Translations under genes and position numbers: made by a program
Notes under the pieces: generated by a model
The model's input: only the letters and a program-made list of their open reading frames with translations
What the model was told of the DNA's origin: nothing
Databases searched by the model: none
Assembly (NCBI GenBank): GCA_963796965.1
Contig: CAWCNS010000004.1
Location: 128,001 to 192,000, forward strand
From: Calditrichia bacterium
Lineage (GTDB): Bacteria; Calditrichota; Calditrichia; JAJRVZ01
DNA: 64,000 nucleotides
Reading direction: 5' to 3'
In this document: piece after piece, positions 11,247-21,651 of the stretch
Layout: each line of letters begins with the position of its first letter
Position numbering within the stretch: the stretch's first letter is position 1

Positions 11247-12212
11247 ATGAAACGACGTGATGTGTTGAAATCGGGTGCTGCGGCGTTGGCTACATCCGTA
11301 ACAGGAAAATCATCATTGGGAAAGGTCCTGCTCGATACGACTGATTTACCACAATTACCAAAAAGAAAATATACCGAAGGTGTCGATCTCTCAATAATTG
11401 GATTTGGCGGGATTGTTGTTGTTGGAATGGATCAGAAGGATGCAAATCTGACGGTTACCAACTCAATTGAAGCGGGCGTTAATTATTTTGATGTGGCGCC
11501 TTCCTACTGGGATGGTGAAGCAGAGGAAAAATTGGGTAAAGCGATACAGCCATTTAGAAAGGAAATTTTTTTGGCCTGCAAAACAACCGAACGAGATGCT
11601 AAAGGTTCACAGAAAGAGTTGGATATTTCCTTAAAACGGGTTGGAGTGGATCATTTTGACCTCTATCAATTTCATGCTGTTACAGACATAGATGAAGTTG
11701 AAAAAATTTTGGGTCCAAATGGTGCCGCAGAGACTTTCATAAAGGCACAAAAAGAAGGAAAGATTCGCTTTATCGGTTTTTCTGCCCATACAGAAGATGC
11801 AGCGATAGCATTATTAGACAGGTTTGAGATCAATTCAGTGTTATTTCCAATAAATTATGTCTGTTTTGCTCAGGGCGATTTTGGTCCTCGGATTATGAAA
11901 AAAGCAAAAGAAAAAGGTGTTGCCAGGTTAGCTTTAAAAGCCCTTGCCTATACTCCCAGAGAAGATGAGAATGGCACAAATTGCCCTAAGCGTAAGCATT
12001 GGTATGAGCCTGTTGGAAATGAATTGTTGGCAAAGAAAGCATTGAGATTTACACTATCTCAGGATATTACTGCGGCCATACCACCAGGAGATGAGAATTT
12101 GTACTGGATGGCTCTCGGAATTGCCCGGAAATTTTCACCAATGACGGTAAGCGAGCAGAATGAGCTGTTGGCCTCTACCAATGGCTTACAACCATTATTT
12201 TCTCAAAAATAA
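11247..12212 (+). CDS. Aldo/keto reductase with a twin-arginine-like leader
   Basis: MKRRDVLK; IGFGG, NYFDVAPSY, LACKT, DLYQFH, RFIGFSAH. Confidence 0.85.
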   Translation: MKRRDVLKSGAAALATSVTGKSSLGKVLLDTTDLPQLPKRKYTEGVDLSIIGFGGIVVVGMDQKDANLTVTNSIEAGVNYFDVAPSYWDGEAEEKLGKAIQPFRKEIFLACKTTERDAKGSQKELDISLKRVGVDHFDLYQFHAVTDIDEVEKILGPNGAAETFIKAQKEGKIRFIGFSAHTEDAAIALLDRFEINSVLFPINYVCFAQGDFGPRIMKKAKEKGVARLALKALAYTPREDENGTNCPKRKHWYEPVGNELLAKKALRFTLSQDITAAIPPGDENLYWMALGIARKFSPMTVSEQNELLASTNGLQPLFSQK

Positions 12213-13696
12213 GCATCTACAAAATTTCTTTCCGAGGGAGCCCTTTGAAGGAATAGTACGGTTTGTCTTCCACAATGGCCAAAGTTCCTCATCGTCTGAA
12301 ACCCCGTTTGTATTATTTCTCCCGGGAAGAAAAAATTGCAGTAATGGATGATACCCCATTGTGGTTGACCATGTTCTGACATTACGTAATATGCGCACAG
12401 CTGACGAAACAGAGACACTTCTTGATTCCGGTACTTTTCTCAGTACAAATATTGAAACAATTCGCATGAGTGCTGATAATAAAAAAACAGCTTTAAAAAC
12501 AGAATTCCACTAAAGGGCAGAAATATCAACCATGATTTCATTTGCATAGCAAACAAACCACCACTGATTGCACCAAGTCCAGCGGCTACGCCATTAGCCA
12601 TGGACCACAGAGCGATGAACATAGAATTGTTCTGCCGTGGAGCCATTTCAAAAATCATATTAATTGAACAGAGATTATATCCGGCAAAGAAAAAACCACC
12701 CGCCATGTGAAGCAATGGTATCAGGATTATAACTGATAGGGCAGAGGTTCCTGTAAATAGCCATATAAGTGGAAAAATACTGGCCGTAGCCGCAGTAATA
12801 ATTATGACAGGTCGGTTGCCATGAGCATCAGAAAAATTTCCCCAAAATCCCATGCCGATTAAATCCGCAAGAGCAGAGCAGATAATAACAGTACTAACCA
12901 ATGTGTAAGAGAGATCGAGGTCTCTGAGCATGTATACAATATAGAATGGAGAAGCAAAATTTACGGCAAAAGACCATATGGTACCGAATCGTAACATCCT
13001 TTTAAACGGAACATGTTTGAGTGGTTGAGAAAATATCGATTTTATAGAAATGGTTTTGGTGGCAGGCTCCTCCATATCCGGTTGTCTAGATAAAAGAGTT
13101 AAACTGATCATACCGGCAATTATTGCTATACTAAAAATTATAAGGAATGAGTAGGATTCTGAATAGCAAGGATAATTTAATTTGTACCAATCTAGAAAAT
13201 ATCCACCAATTATTGTTGCTAATATAGTGATGATACCGAGTAGGCTGTTTCGTAATCCAAAAAACCGGCCGCGTATAATTGGTGGAACAAGATTTGAAAT
13301 CCATGATAACCAGGCTACACCGGCAAGCGAACCTATTATATGATGAATAATGATAAATCCAATGAGTAGCATTAAAAGCAGGCTTTTATCATAGTCAAAA
13401 AATAAAATAATCAGGATAACGATTGGTACCCACATAATCCGTGAGACAAAAGCATATAAGAGAGCGATTTTTTTCCGTTTTTTGTATCGTTCAACCAAAA
13501 TGGATCCAATGATTTGTGCGATTGTGCTAAAAAAAGGAATCGATGCTAATACTCCAATTGTAAAATCATTGGCCATTAATAAAAGAACAAATGCGGGAAG
13601 AAAAATACTTCCTGTAAAATTGGCATATAAGTGAGCAAATATTCCTTCGGCAATTGAATATTTTAATCCTTTTTGTATTTCAGTGTTTGTGAGCAT
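12195..13696 (-). CDS. MFS transporter (frameshift near 12480; C-terminus in ORF 12195-12467)
   Basis: ~12 hydrophobic helices, RGRFFG.R and WGNFSDAHGNRPV motif-A-like loops. Confidence 0.8.
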
Positions 13697-14210
13697 AAGT
13701 AGTAAACCACCTATAAAATCTTATATCGTTCCAGTTTTAGATTAGAACGAAATGTAAATCCTGTTAAGATATTTTCTTCAGCTCTAAATGATAACTACTA
13801 AAGAATCTGAAGATAGATCTCAAAAAATAAGCGCGAAATTAATAGACAAATATATCTGAATCAACAAATAAATCGTAATAATTATAAATATAATTTTGTG
13901 GAGAATGGTTAATATCTAATCCAGAAGAAGAGGACTAATTTCCAGATAGACAGTATTTTCGGTTTAAGCCTATCGGTACTTATTCAAAAACACTTTACAT
14001 GTGACCTTTAAATGATTATATGAGTGCGGTTAGTTAGGGAGTTATGGAAGGAAATTCATCAATACATATGCACTGGTATCTAATGCAAAAATTCATCCAA
14101 TGAGGAATGAATTTATAATTTAACGCAAGTAAAAATCAAGATTAGTAGAATGGGGAATCAACTGTAGATTGAAATGTCTTTCTGGTTGATACGAAATGTA
14201 TTTGGGATGC

Positions 14211-14570
14211 TTATGACATGCTTTTGATATAATTCTTACAATTTTCATGAAGATTAAATATACCATTGTAAAGAGGATGTAAAAGGTCGGATCTACGGAT
14301 ACAGCCCATAAAACTTTTAAAACTTTTCAGACTCCAGCGCTCAAAACTAAATATTGTATTTAAGACCAGGAAGATTCTTTCATAATCACCGACCATAGCT
14401 AATTCTTCACACAGGGCCAGAAGGACAACCTGCTTCTCCGGTTCAAGATCACCAACATCATTTGTTGAAAGATAATAATCCGGAAATGACAATACACTCC
14501 CGCCTTTGGATATGTATTTTTCGAACGAACTAAGCATTTCTAATTTCGTCGGCGTTATGGTTGCTTTCAT
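14211..14570 (-). CDS. Hypothetical protein
   Basis: 119-aa ORF with a purine-rich upstream region; no recognisable motif. Confidence 0.45.
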   Translation of the reverse strand: MKATITPTKLEMLSSFEKYISKGGSVLSFPDYYLSTNDVGDLEPEKQVVLLALCEELAMVGDYERIFLVLNTIFSFERWSLKSFKSFMGCIRRSDLLHPLYNGIFNLHENCKNYIKSMS

Positions 14571-14733
14571 AATAATTTGCCCTTATTTCTCCCCGTTGCT
14601 CTTAATATTCGTCATGTACCTCATAAACTTCAGTAGATTTAAATAAATTGTAAAATTCATCAATAGGAGTGAAAGACGCAGGTCGATCCAGTAAAGATGG
14701 TAAATTAGGGATAAAGGTTGTTGCGAAAATCTC

Positions 14734-15123
14734 TTAATTTTTTCGGATCAAATGAACCTTATCTACAATATTGGAAGCAATTTCATTCATATCTGTTAAT
14801 GTTTTTGATACTAACCGTCTTGTAAATTTATAATCTAACATACTTTTTTGAAGAGGATTCACAGTGGCAAATCCTGCATTGATTACTGCCGTTCCACCGT
14901 CCTGAAAGGACGTAATTTCTAGAATAATATAGGTTGAATCATCCTGATTAAATGCTCTTAATAATGTATCAGACTCTATTATTTCCCTCACCTGATTTGC
15001 GATTATAATTCCTTCCTTGCAGTTGAAACCATCTGTCATTACCCGCACGGGCAATCTGGCATCCTCACCAATTACTGTGAATACCAAAGATATAACAAAT
15101 ACGAATGCCAATAGTTTCTTCAT
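14734..15123 (-). CDS. Secreted hypothetical protein
   Basis: GAGG RBS and MKKLLAFVFVISLVFTVIG signal peptide. Confidence 0.6.
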   Translation of the reverse strand: MKKLLAFVFVISLVFTVIGEDARLPVRVMTDGFNCKEGIIIANQVREIIESDTLLRAFNQDDSTYIILEITSFQDGGTAVINAGFATVNPLQKSMLDYKFTRRLVSKTLTDMNEIASNIVDKVHLIRKN

Positions 15124-15195
15124 AGAACCCTCTTTATATGTTTTCTGGGGGTGAAAGTTATTATACAATGATACTAAGATCTGGTAAAATTTAAA

Positions 15196-15651
15196 ATGAT
15201 GATCATCACATACACAAGTATTATGGGAAATAATTTCTTGAGAGCCGGTGTTATGGTGGCTTTCACCCTACTGAAAATAAAAGATAAGAGCATCCTGTTC
15301 TCTTCCGCAGGAATGACGCCGGCTTTTATATTCAGGTCATCAACCCTTAAAGTTGATGACCTTTCTGTTCAGGGAATGCCACTTGGTGCAATGAAAGATA
15401 TCACGTATCGGGTTGTCCAGGAATCGTTGGAGAGCGGTGACTCGATTTTACTTCTCTCAGATGGTTTGCCTGAGTTGAAAAATCCTGATGGCGATATATT
15501 TGATTATGACCGAATGGAAAAGATATTTCGTGATGTAGCCAATAAACAACCACAAGCAGTTATTGATCGTTTGTTAGATGCCGGTGAATTCTGGAGAAAA
15601 GATTTATTGCCGGATGATGATATTACGCTGATGGTGATTCGGATGAAGTGA
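15196..15651 (+). pseudogene. N-terminally truncated SpoIIE/PP2C phosphatase domain
   Basis: Highly similar to the C-terminus of 32982-34040 (FSSAGM.PA, GMPLG, SDGLPELKNPDG, DDD.TLMVIR) but lacks the GGDYY and DATGHG motifs. Confidence 0.7.
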
Positions 15652-15755
15652 TGCCTCGGTACTCGGAACTCGGTCCTGGGCACTCGATACGGGATGCGTG
15701 ATACGGATGCGGGATGCCAAATTTGAAATGAAAAATTCGATGCCCAAAGTTACAT

Positions 15756-15813
15756 GATCCCGAAACAAGTTCGGGATGACATTCACGTCACCCTGAACTT
15801 GTTTCAGGGTCTC
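15756..15813. repeat. Inverted pair of GTCA-type REP hairpins (loop AAACAAGTT)
   Basis: GATCCCGAAACAAGTTCGGGATGAC and GTCACCCTGAACTTGTTTCAGGGTCTC between convergent genes. Confidence 0.8.
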
Positions 15814-15826
15814 ATCAAATGCTATT

Positions 15827-16897
15827 TCAAAACTCCGGCTTTAACTTCGTCTTGCTAAAAAAATTATACATTTTCCCAAATCCATAGGTCAAAGGATTAC
15901 CTGCGAATTTTCCGGACTCGATAATCAAATTTTTAAAAAATCCTTTATCATCAATAGACTTATCCTCTAATATTTTATCAAAGGTTTTCTCCCAGACGTA
16001 ACCAATTGGATTTAAAGCAACCAGGGCGAAATTGATCGTTTTATCAATGGATATTTTTTTAATAACAGAAATGAGCCTTATCGTCATATCTGCGGTTATG
16101 TGTTTTGTGGCATTGACGACTTTTGCCGGTGAGGGATAGAGATCACTTGGTGATTCAATATAGGTTAACTTGCAGTAATTTTCTGTGATATAGGAAATTC
16201 TGTTGAGCAGCAAAGCATTTAAAAAACCATCGGCAATGGATCCGAGAATTTTTTCAATAAAGGGGATGCTTTTAACACCATCGGATGCCAGTTTTGTGAT
16301 AATTTCATCGGTGACATATTCAATCCCTTCAGAACCGGCTATGGCAACAGAATAATAAATCTTTTTTGTTATATTAAAAAGATCACGATTGGTAACGCGT
16401 CCGTTATAAAGAATAAAAATATCCTTTACCATGTTGATGCTATATGAGAGAACGAGAAGTGCGTCAATAAAGCCGTTTTGGGAGATGCTCGAACCATAAA
16501 ATAATTGCGCTACATATCTTTTTCTTATTTGTTCACATTCTTTCTCTAATATTTTGATTGTTTCACCATACTGCTCTCTAATATCTGACGAGGAAGACGC
16601 TGCTTTGCTGTTCTCTATTAAAAACTTATTTTTTTGAAATCTCTTGCTCCGATCACTAATAAGGTCTTCCTCCATTTCTGCTTTGCTCACAGGGCCGGGA
16701 TTTACAGGAATAATCAGAATCCTGTAAACCGGGATGACTACAAAATAGATAACAGAGGCAAGTAGCAAGACTAATACACCATACCCAAAAAATGGATGAA
16801 TCGTATAACTATAGGTATAGAGTGATATCAGCTCTCTAATGATGATATAGAAAAAAAACAAGGAAATAAAAAAGAATATTCTTTTAATGAGTTGCAT
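15827..16897 (-). CDS. YcjF/DUF697-like membrane protein
   Basis: Two N-terminal TMs; SISQNGFIDAL and GSIADGFLNALLLNRI resemble DUF697 family motifs. Confidence 0.6.
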   Translation of the reverse strand: MQLIKRIFFFISLFFFYIIIRELISLYTYSYTIHPFFGYGVLVLLLASVIYFVVIPVYRILIIPVNPGPVSKAEMEEDLISDRSKRFQKNKFLIENSKAASSSSDIREQYGETIKILEKECEQIRKRYVAQLFYGSSISQNGFIDALLVLSYSINMVKDIFILYNGRVTNRDLFNITKKIYYSVAIAGSEGIEYVTDEIITKLASDGVKSIPFIEKILGSIADGFLNALLLNRISYITENYCKLTYIESPSDLYPSPAKVVNATKHITADMTIRLISVIKKISIDKTINFALVALNPIGYVWEKTFDKILEDKSIDDKGFFKNLIIESGKFAGNPLTYGFGKMYNFFSKTKLKPEF

Positions 16898-16942
16898 GGT
16901 TTTTCCTCTGATTAAATAACAAAACAAATGTTCTCCGACAGC

Positions 16943-16970
16943 GTAGTGGCCGTTCGCGAACAGCCACTAC
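16943..16970. repeat. GTAG-type REP palindrome
   Basis: GTAGTGGCCGTTCGCGAACAGCCACTAC. Confidence 0.75.
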
Positions 16971-17070
16971 AGCATTGGATACTGTATTATACAAAAATAG
17001 GGCAAAAAGATTCAGAATAAAAAAAATTAGGTTTAATCTCAGAAAATACTTGAGTACTCATATAGGATGT

Positions 17071-17273
17071 GGAATGACGCTCCTTTTATTAATAGAGCAT
17101 AACCAATCAAGTCATTCCATAGGAATCTTCCGATATTCAGATTCGATCCGACATAGAGGAATATCCTTGTTAGGAGAACAGGATGTCATTTTCTCTTAAA
17201 TATCATGAGATGCTGAAACAAGTTCAGCATGACTCATCCAGGTCATTCCGCCCGCCTCAGGCGGGCGGAATCT
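17071..17273. repeat. Cluster of GTCA-type REP hairpins
   Basis: GTCATTCCATAGGAATC (17111), GAGATGCTGAAACAAGTTCAGCATGAC (17207-17233), GTCATTCCG-CCCGCCTCAGGCGGG-CGGAATCT (17242-17273). Confidence 0.75.
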
Positions 17274-17402
17274 ATAATATCTTTTCACAATAAATAATTG
17301 ATAAATATTTAATTTGTCCTCTGATTTGCCGATGATGTTAAATAATGTTGCTGTTCGGACCTATTATATAATATCTGATTTCTAACTAACATGGGAGGTA
17401 CG

Positions 17403-17963
17403 ATGAAAAAGAATGTTGTTTCGGTTATTGTTATTTTACTAATGGTTTTGATCTCCACCTCAGCGGTTCAGGCACAGAAACAATCCTGGAATATGAATAT
17501 TAAGGGGGGAATAATGCTGCCGGGTACCGTCACAGTTGAGGGTTATGATGCTGATACGGAAATGGGTTGGATAGGTAATTTGGCTTTTGATGCTCTCCTA
17601 GCAGAGAAGGTTTCTATGGGTGGTTTTTTATTTTATGCGGGTATAACGCCAGAAGATTTAGATGAAAGTGCTAATATCCTGGGTATTGGTGGCACCATCA
17701 AAGCCAGGTTTACTCTAAAAAGCGGTATGCAAATCCGACCGGGTTTGGTTCTGGTATATCAGATGACTTCTGGTGATGCTTTTGAAGATGTAAAGGGATT
17801 TGGTGTAGGTTTTACTGGTGAAGTTGTATTTCCTCTTAAAGATTTTAATGCTATTGTTGCAGAGATTGGTTTTACATCTCAGCCATCAGGTGGAAATGAA
17901 TTTGTGGATGTAACCTGGGCACCCATATTTTATTTAACTCTTGGTTATGAGTTCGGTGGTTAA
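17403..17963 (+). CDS. Outer-membrane beta-barrel protein
   Basis: GGGAGG RBS, signal peptide AVQA|Q, amphipathic strands, terminal LGYEF. Confidence 0.7.
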   Translation: MKKNVVSVIVILLMVLISTSAVQAQKQSWNMNIKGGIMLPGTVTVEGYDADTEMGWIGNLAFDALLAEKVSMGGFLFYAGITPEDLDESANILGIGGTIKARFTLKSGMQIRPGLVLVYQMTSGDAFEDVKGFGVGFTGEVVFPLKDFNAIVAEIGFTSQPSGGNEFVDVTWAPIFYLTLGYEFGG

Positions 17964-18253
17964 TGACAAGGAGAACGAACAAATTATATGATTACGGATC
18001 ACATGGATGACACGGATGACAAAGATTTTCGTAGAATTTCCTAATTATTTGTCAGGTTATTTGGAACCCAGATAAACCAAGGAGGAGAATTCCTAGAGTA
18101 CTGTTTATTTTACGATTTTGCCTGCCAATCGACCATTTGAAATTACCTGTAGGAATAACCTGTGAAAATTAATGTCATCCGTTTCATACTTCGTCCGAAT
18201 ACAATCAAATGTCCAACCTCTACTTACCATCGCGTTTTTGTAATCTTTCTTTA

Positions 18254-19043
18254 TTAGTTTGCTGAATAAACCCGACCAACGCTGTTAATATGCTCTACGA
18301 TCTGTGGATTGCCCTTATAATAGACGGAACCGATACTGTTGATCGTAACCTCAAGTAGTTTCGAAGCTAAAACTTGGGCATTTCCAGCACTGTTAAGTAT
18401 AATAGTTGTTGACTCGGTATTTAATTCAAAGGCAGTCAGATTTCCTATAGATGATAACATCACCTGATGATCTATAACCTGGCCACTCAAGAACAGATTG
18501 CCCGCGCTATTACACATAGAATTTAATTGATTGACTTTGAGATCCATGAATATATTCCCGGCACTGTTCACCATAAGATTGACCTGATCTTCCTCGAACG
18601 TATTTATTCCCCTGATCGATCCTGCACTATTTGTAGCCAGCGATTTCAGATTTGGCATACTTACATCAATGGTAAGACTCATAGTCTGCAAGTGTAACAT
18701 TGTTGACAACTTCGATTATCAACACATCCTCCTGCACCCTGATTATTAAATAGTCCAGTATATTATCATCCACTTTTACTTTAACATTTTGTTCTGTCTC
18801 CTGTTTTAGGTTTACCAGACCGGCTGTATTTATAGAAATAGAGTGAAAAAATGGCACCTCAATTTCCTCATAGATAAGATTTCCCGAGCCAACGATTTTT
18901 TGATCAATATCCGGTTCTGTGCCCAAATCATTAATTGTGCACGAGGAAAGGATAAAAAGAATTAGAATGAACGGTGTTAAGTAGAGCTGTCCTCTTGAGA
19001 TTTGGCTGTCGAGAAATATAAATGAATATTTTATTCGCTTCAT
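18254..19043 (-). CDS. GIN-domain/DUF2807 beta-helix lipoprotein (frameshift near 18680)
   Basis: Lipobox LSSC, IVGSGN, repeated NSAGN/SSIGN rungs, terminal GSVYYKGNP. Confidence 0.8.
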
Positions 19044-19122
19044 GTGGTCCTCCCTTTAAACATCCAATTTTTATGGTGTTTATAATACAATCCGTTTTAC
19101 GATTGTTTTTTGAATAGGTTAA

Positions 19123-19138
19123 TACAAAAGTTGTGCCA
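19123..19138 (-). promoter_or_regulatory. Putative sigma54 -24/-12 promoter
   Basis: Minus strand TGGCACAACTTTTGTA (TGGCAC-N5-TTGT), 80 bp upstream of ATG 19043. Confidence 0.55.
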
Positions 19139-19226
19139 CAATAAAAAACTCAGATATATATATTCTAAACCTTTGAATAATAGTGAGATAAGAGGAGAAA
19201 TAATTTTTACGAATTAACGAAGAGAA

Positions 19227-19262
19227 CCGCGGAAATTTGTAACACTGCGGAAAATTTCCGCA
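19227..19262. promoter_or_regulatory. Putative enhancer-binding-protein UAS
   Basis: Palindrome TGCGGAAAATTTCCGCA (19246-19262) plus partial copy CCGCGGAAATTT, ~110 bp upstream of the sigma54-like site. Confidence 0.5.
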
Positions 19263-19534
19263 TAAATCTAAGAGATTTTCATATCAAGTCTTCATTCTGG
19301 TACTCTTTAATCCTCCTCTCCCGTGTCCTTTCACGGCCCAATCGAGACTCAGATTTACGGGACGGGAGATGATCGGTGTAGTGAATGCTGTCATTCCCCA
19401 TATAAATTCCAACATATAAAAATTTATAAAAATCACTTTCCTCAAAAGAAAAAAGTTCTTATACTCTTCAAAACAGTACCACAATTTTGTTAGTGGCTTC
19501 CCCAAATTTCCTCTCCAAAACGCAGGGCTCAATT

Positions 19535-21337
19535 ATGAAATACAAAAATTTAGCAGATATGTTCTATTCAAAAAGAGAAAACTATTCTGATCATATTGCC
19601 TATCGTAATAAAAAAGAGGGGCAGTGGATAGGTGTTACCTATAAGGAGGCGGTTGATATTGCAGAGAAGATTTCTGCCGGATTTGCGGACTTGGGAATTA
19701 AAAAAGGAGATAAGATTGCTATTATCTCTACATAATCGAATGGAGTGGGCCTTATCTGATTATGCGGCGCTTTTTCTTGGAGCCGTTTTAGTTCCCATAT
19801 ACCCTTCCTTAATTGACCCTCAGATTGAATATATATTAAATGATTCAGAGGCAAAAATTGTGATTGCTGAGGATTCCTTCCAGACAGTCGAAAGTTGATA
19901 AGATCCGCAGAAATTTAAAAACAGTCGAACATTTTTTCATAATAGATAAGGGATGACAATCAGAATGGCGCCTCATGGCCGGAGTTAAATTCCCTCGGAG
20001 AGAAGGGGTTGGATTTTATAAGGCATCATGATGGATATATAACAAATTCAATCGATCGGATTCAGAGAGAAGAGATTGCCACAATAATTTATACCTCAGG
20101 CACTACCGGAGAACCCAAAGGTGTTGTTCTTGCACATAGAAATTTCTTTGCAAATCTTGAGGCAGTCTCTGAGTTATTTGAATGTTATCCTGAAGATGAA
20201 TTTTTATCATTTTTGCCTTTGAGTCATATCCTGGAAAGAACAGCCGGGCATTATTTTTCTTGCTATCATGGTGCAACGGTGGCCTATGCTGAAGGAATAG
20301 ATAGTTTACCGGAAAATTTAGTGGAGATAAAACCAACCCTGATGATATCAGTTCCCCGGTTATTTGAAAAAATGTATGGCCGGATTTTAGAATCGGTTGA
20401 AACCGGATCGCCAATAAAACGCAAAATATTTTACTGGTCTATAAAAACTGGAAGGGAATTTATGAACTTTCAGATGGCCGGAGAAGCGGTACCCGCTCTT
20501 TTAAAAATAAAGCACGGTCTGGCCACAAAATTAGTTTTTGGTAAATTAAATCAGCGTCTTGGTGGGCGACTTCGCTATTGTATTAGTGGAGGAGCCCCGC
20601 TGCCTGCACTCATTGGAGAATTTTTTAATTCTGCCGGTCTTACAATTCTGGAGGGTTATGGATTAACAGAAACCTCACCGGGAATTTCATTTAATAAGCC
20701 GGATGCTTATAAATTCGGTGCTGTGGGAATTCCCTTACCCAATGTGGAAGTAAAAATAGCTGAGGACGGTGAGATCCTGACCCGCGGTGAGCATGTAATG
20801 CTTGGTTATTATAATAAAGAAGAGGAAACCAAGGAAGTTATAGATGCTGAGGGCTGGTTTTCAACGGGAGATATCGGATTTATTGATGAAGATGGATTCT
20901 TAACAATTACTGATCGTAAGAAAAACATTATTGTTACATCAGGCGGGAAAAATATTGCACCACAACCCATCGAAAATATTTTAGTAACCAGTAGTCTGAT
21001 TGAACAAGCTGTTGTGATTGGTGACCGGAGAAAATTTTGTTCAGCTTTGATTGTTCCCGCAGAAGAAGCAATTAAAAACCTGGCAATTAAATCAGACATA
21101 ACATTTGCAGACTATGAAGAATTACTCAGCAAGGAAGAATTAATATCTGAAATTCAGAATGAAGTTGATAAGTTAACAGAACAATTTGCCAGTTTTGAAA
21201 GGATTAAGAAGATTTCTTTGATTCCTGAAATGTTTACCCAAGAGGGTGGGGAGTTGACACCCAGCCTAAAGATTAAACGCAGAGTTGTAGAAGAAAAGTA
21301 TGGGGAACAAATTGAGGCGATTTATCAGGATTTATAA
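19535..21337 (+). CDS. Long-chain fatty-acid--CoA ligase (AMP-binding; frameshifts near 19730 and 19890-19950)
   Basis: IYTSGTTGEPKGV, FLPLSHILER, GYGLTETSP, GWFSTGDIG, TDRKKNIIVTSGGKNIAP, ELTPSLKIKR. Confidence 0.9.
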
Positions 21338-21651
21338 AATCGTTCTGTTATTATTTATAAAATTTAATGTATTAATTGCCATGCATTTAAGTATGTAATA
21401 TTCTATTCTTTTTTTTGAGTTCTCTCTAAGAGGCAATAGTAGGAAAAGTTAGCCTGACTAACCCACCTGAGAAAGGGATTATTCAGCGGGATGATTTAAT
21501 TCAGAATCTCTTGCTTGTATTTCCTCTCGATGTCATTAATCCATTGATTATAAAATAATAGGTCAATTATTTCCATTAAATGATCTTGGATTTCTCATAA
21601 AAAAAATATAAAATTGGCCACACTTCAATCAAAAAGTATATAGGATTTTTA

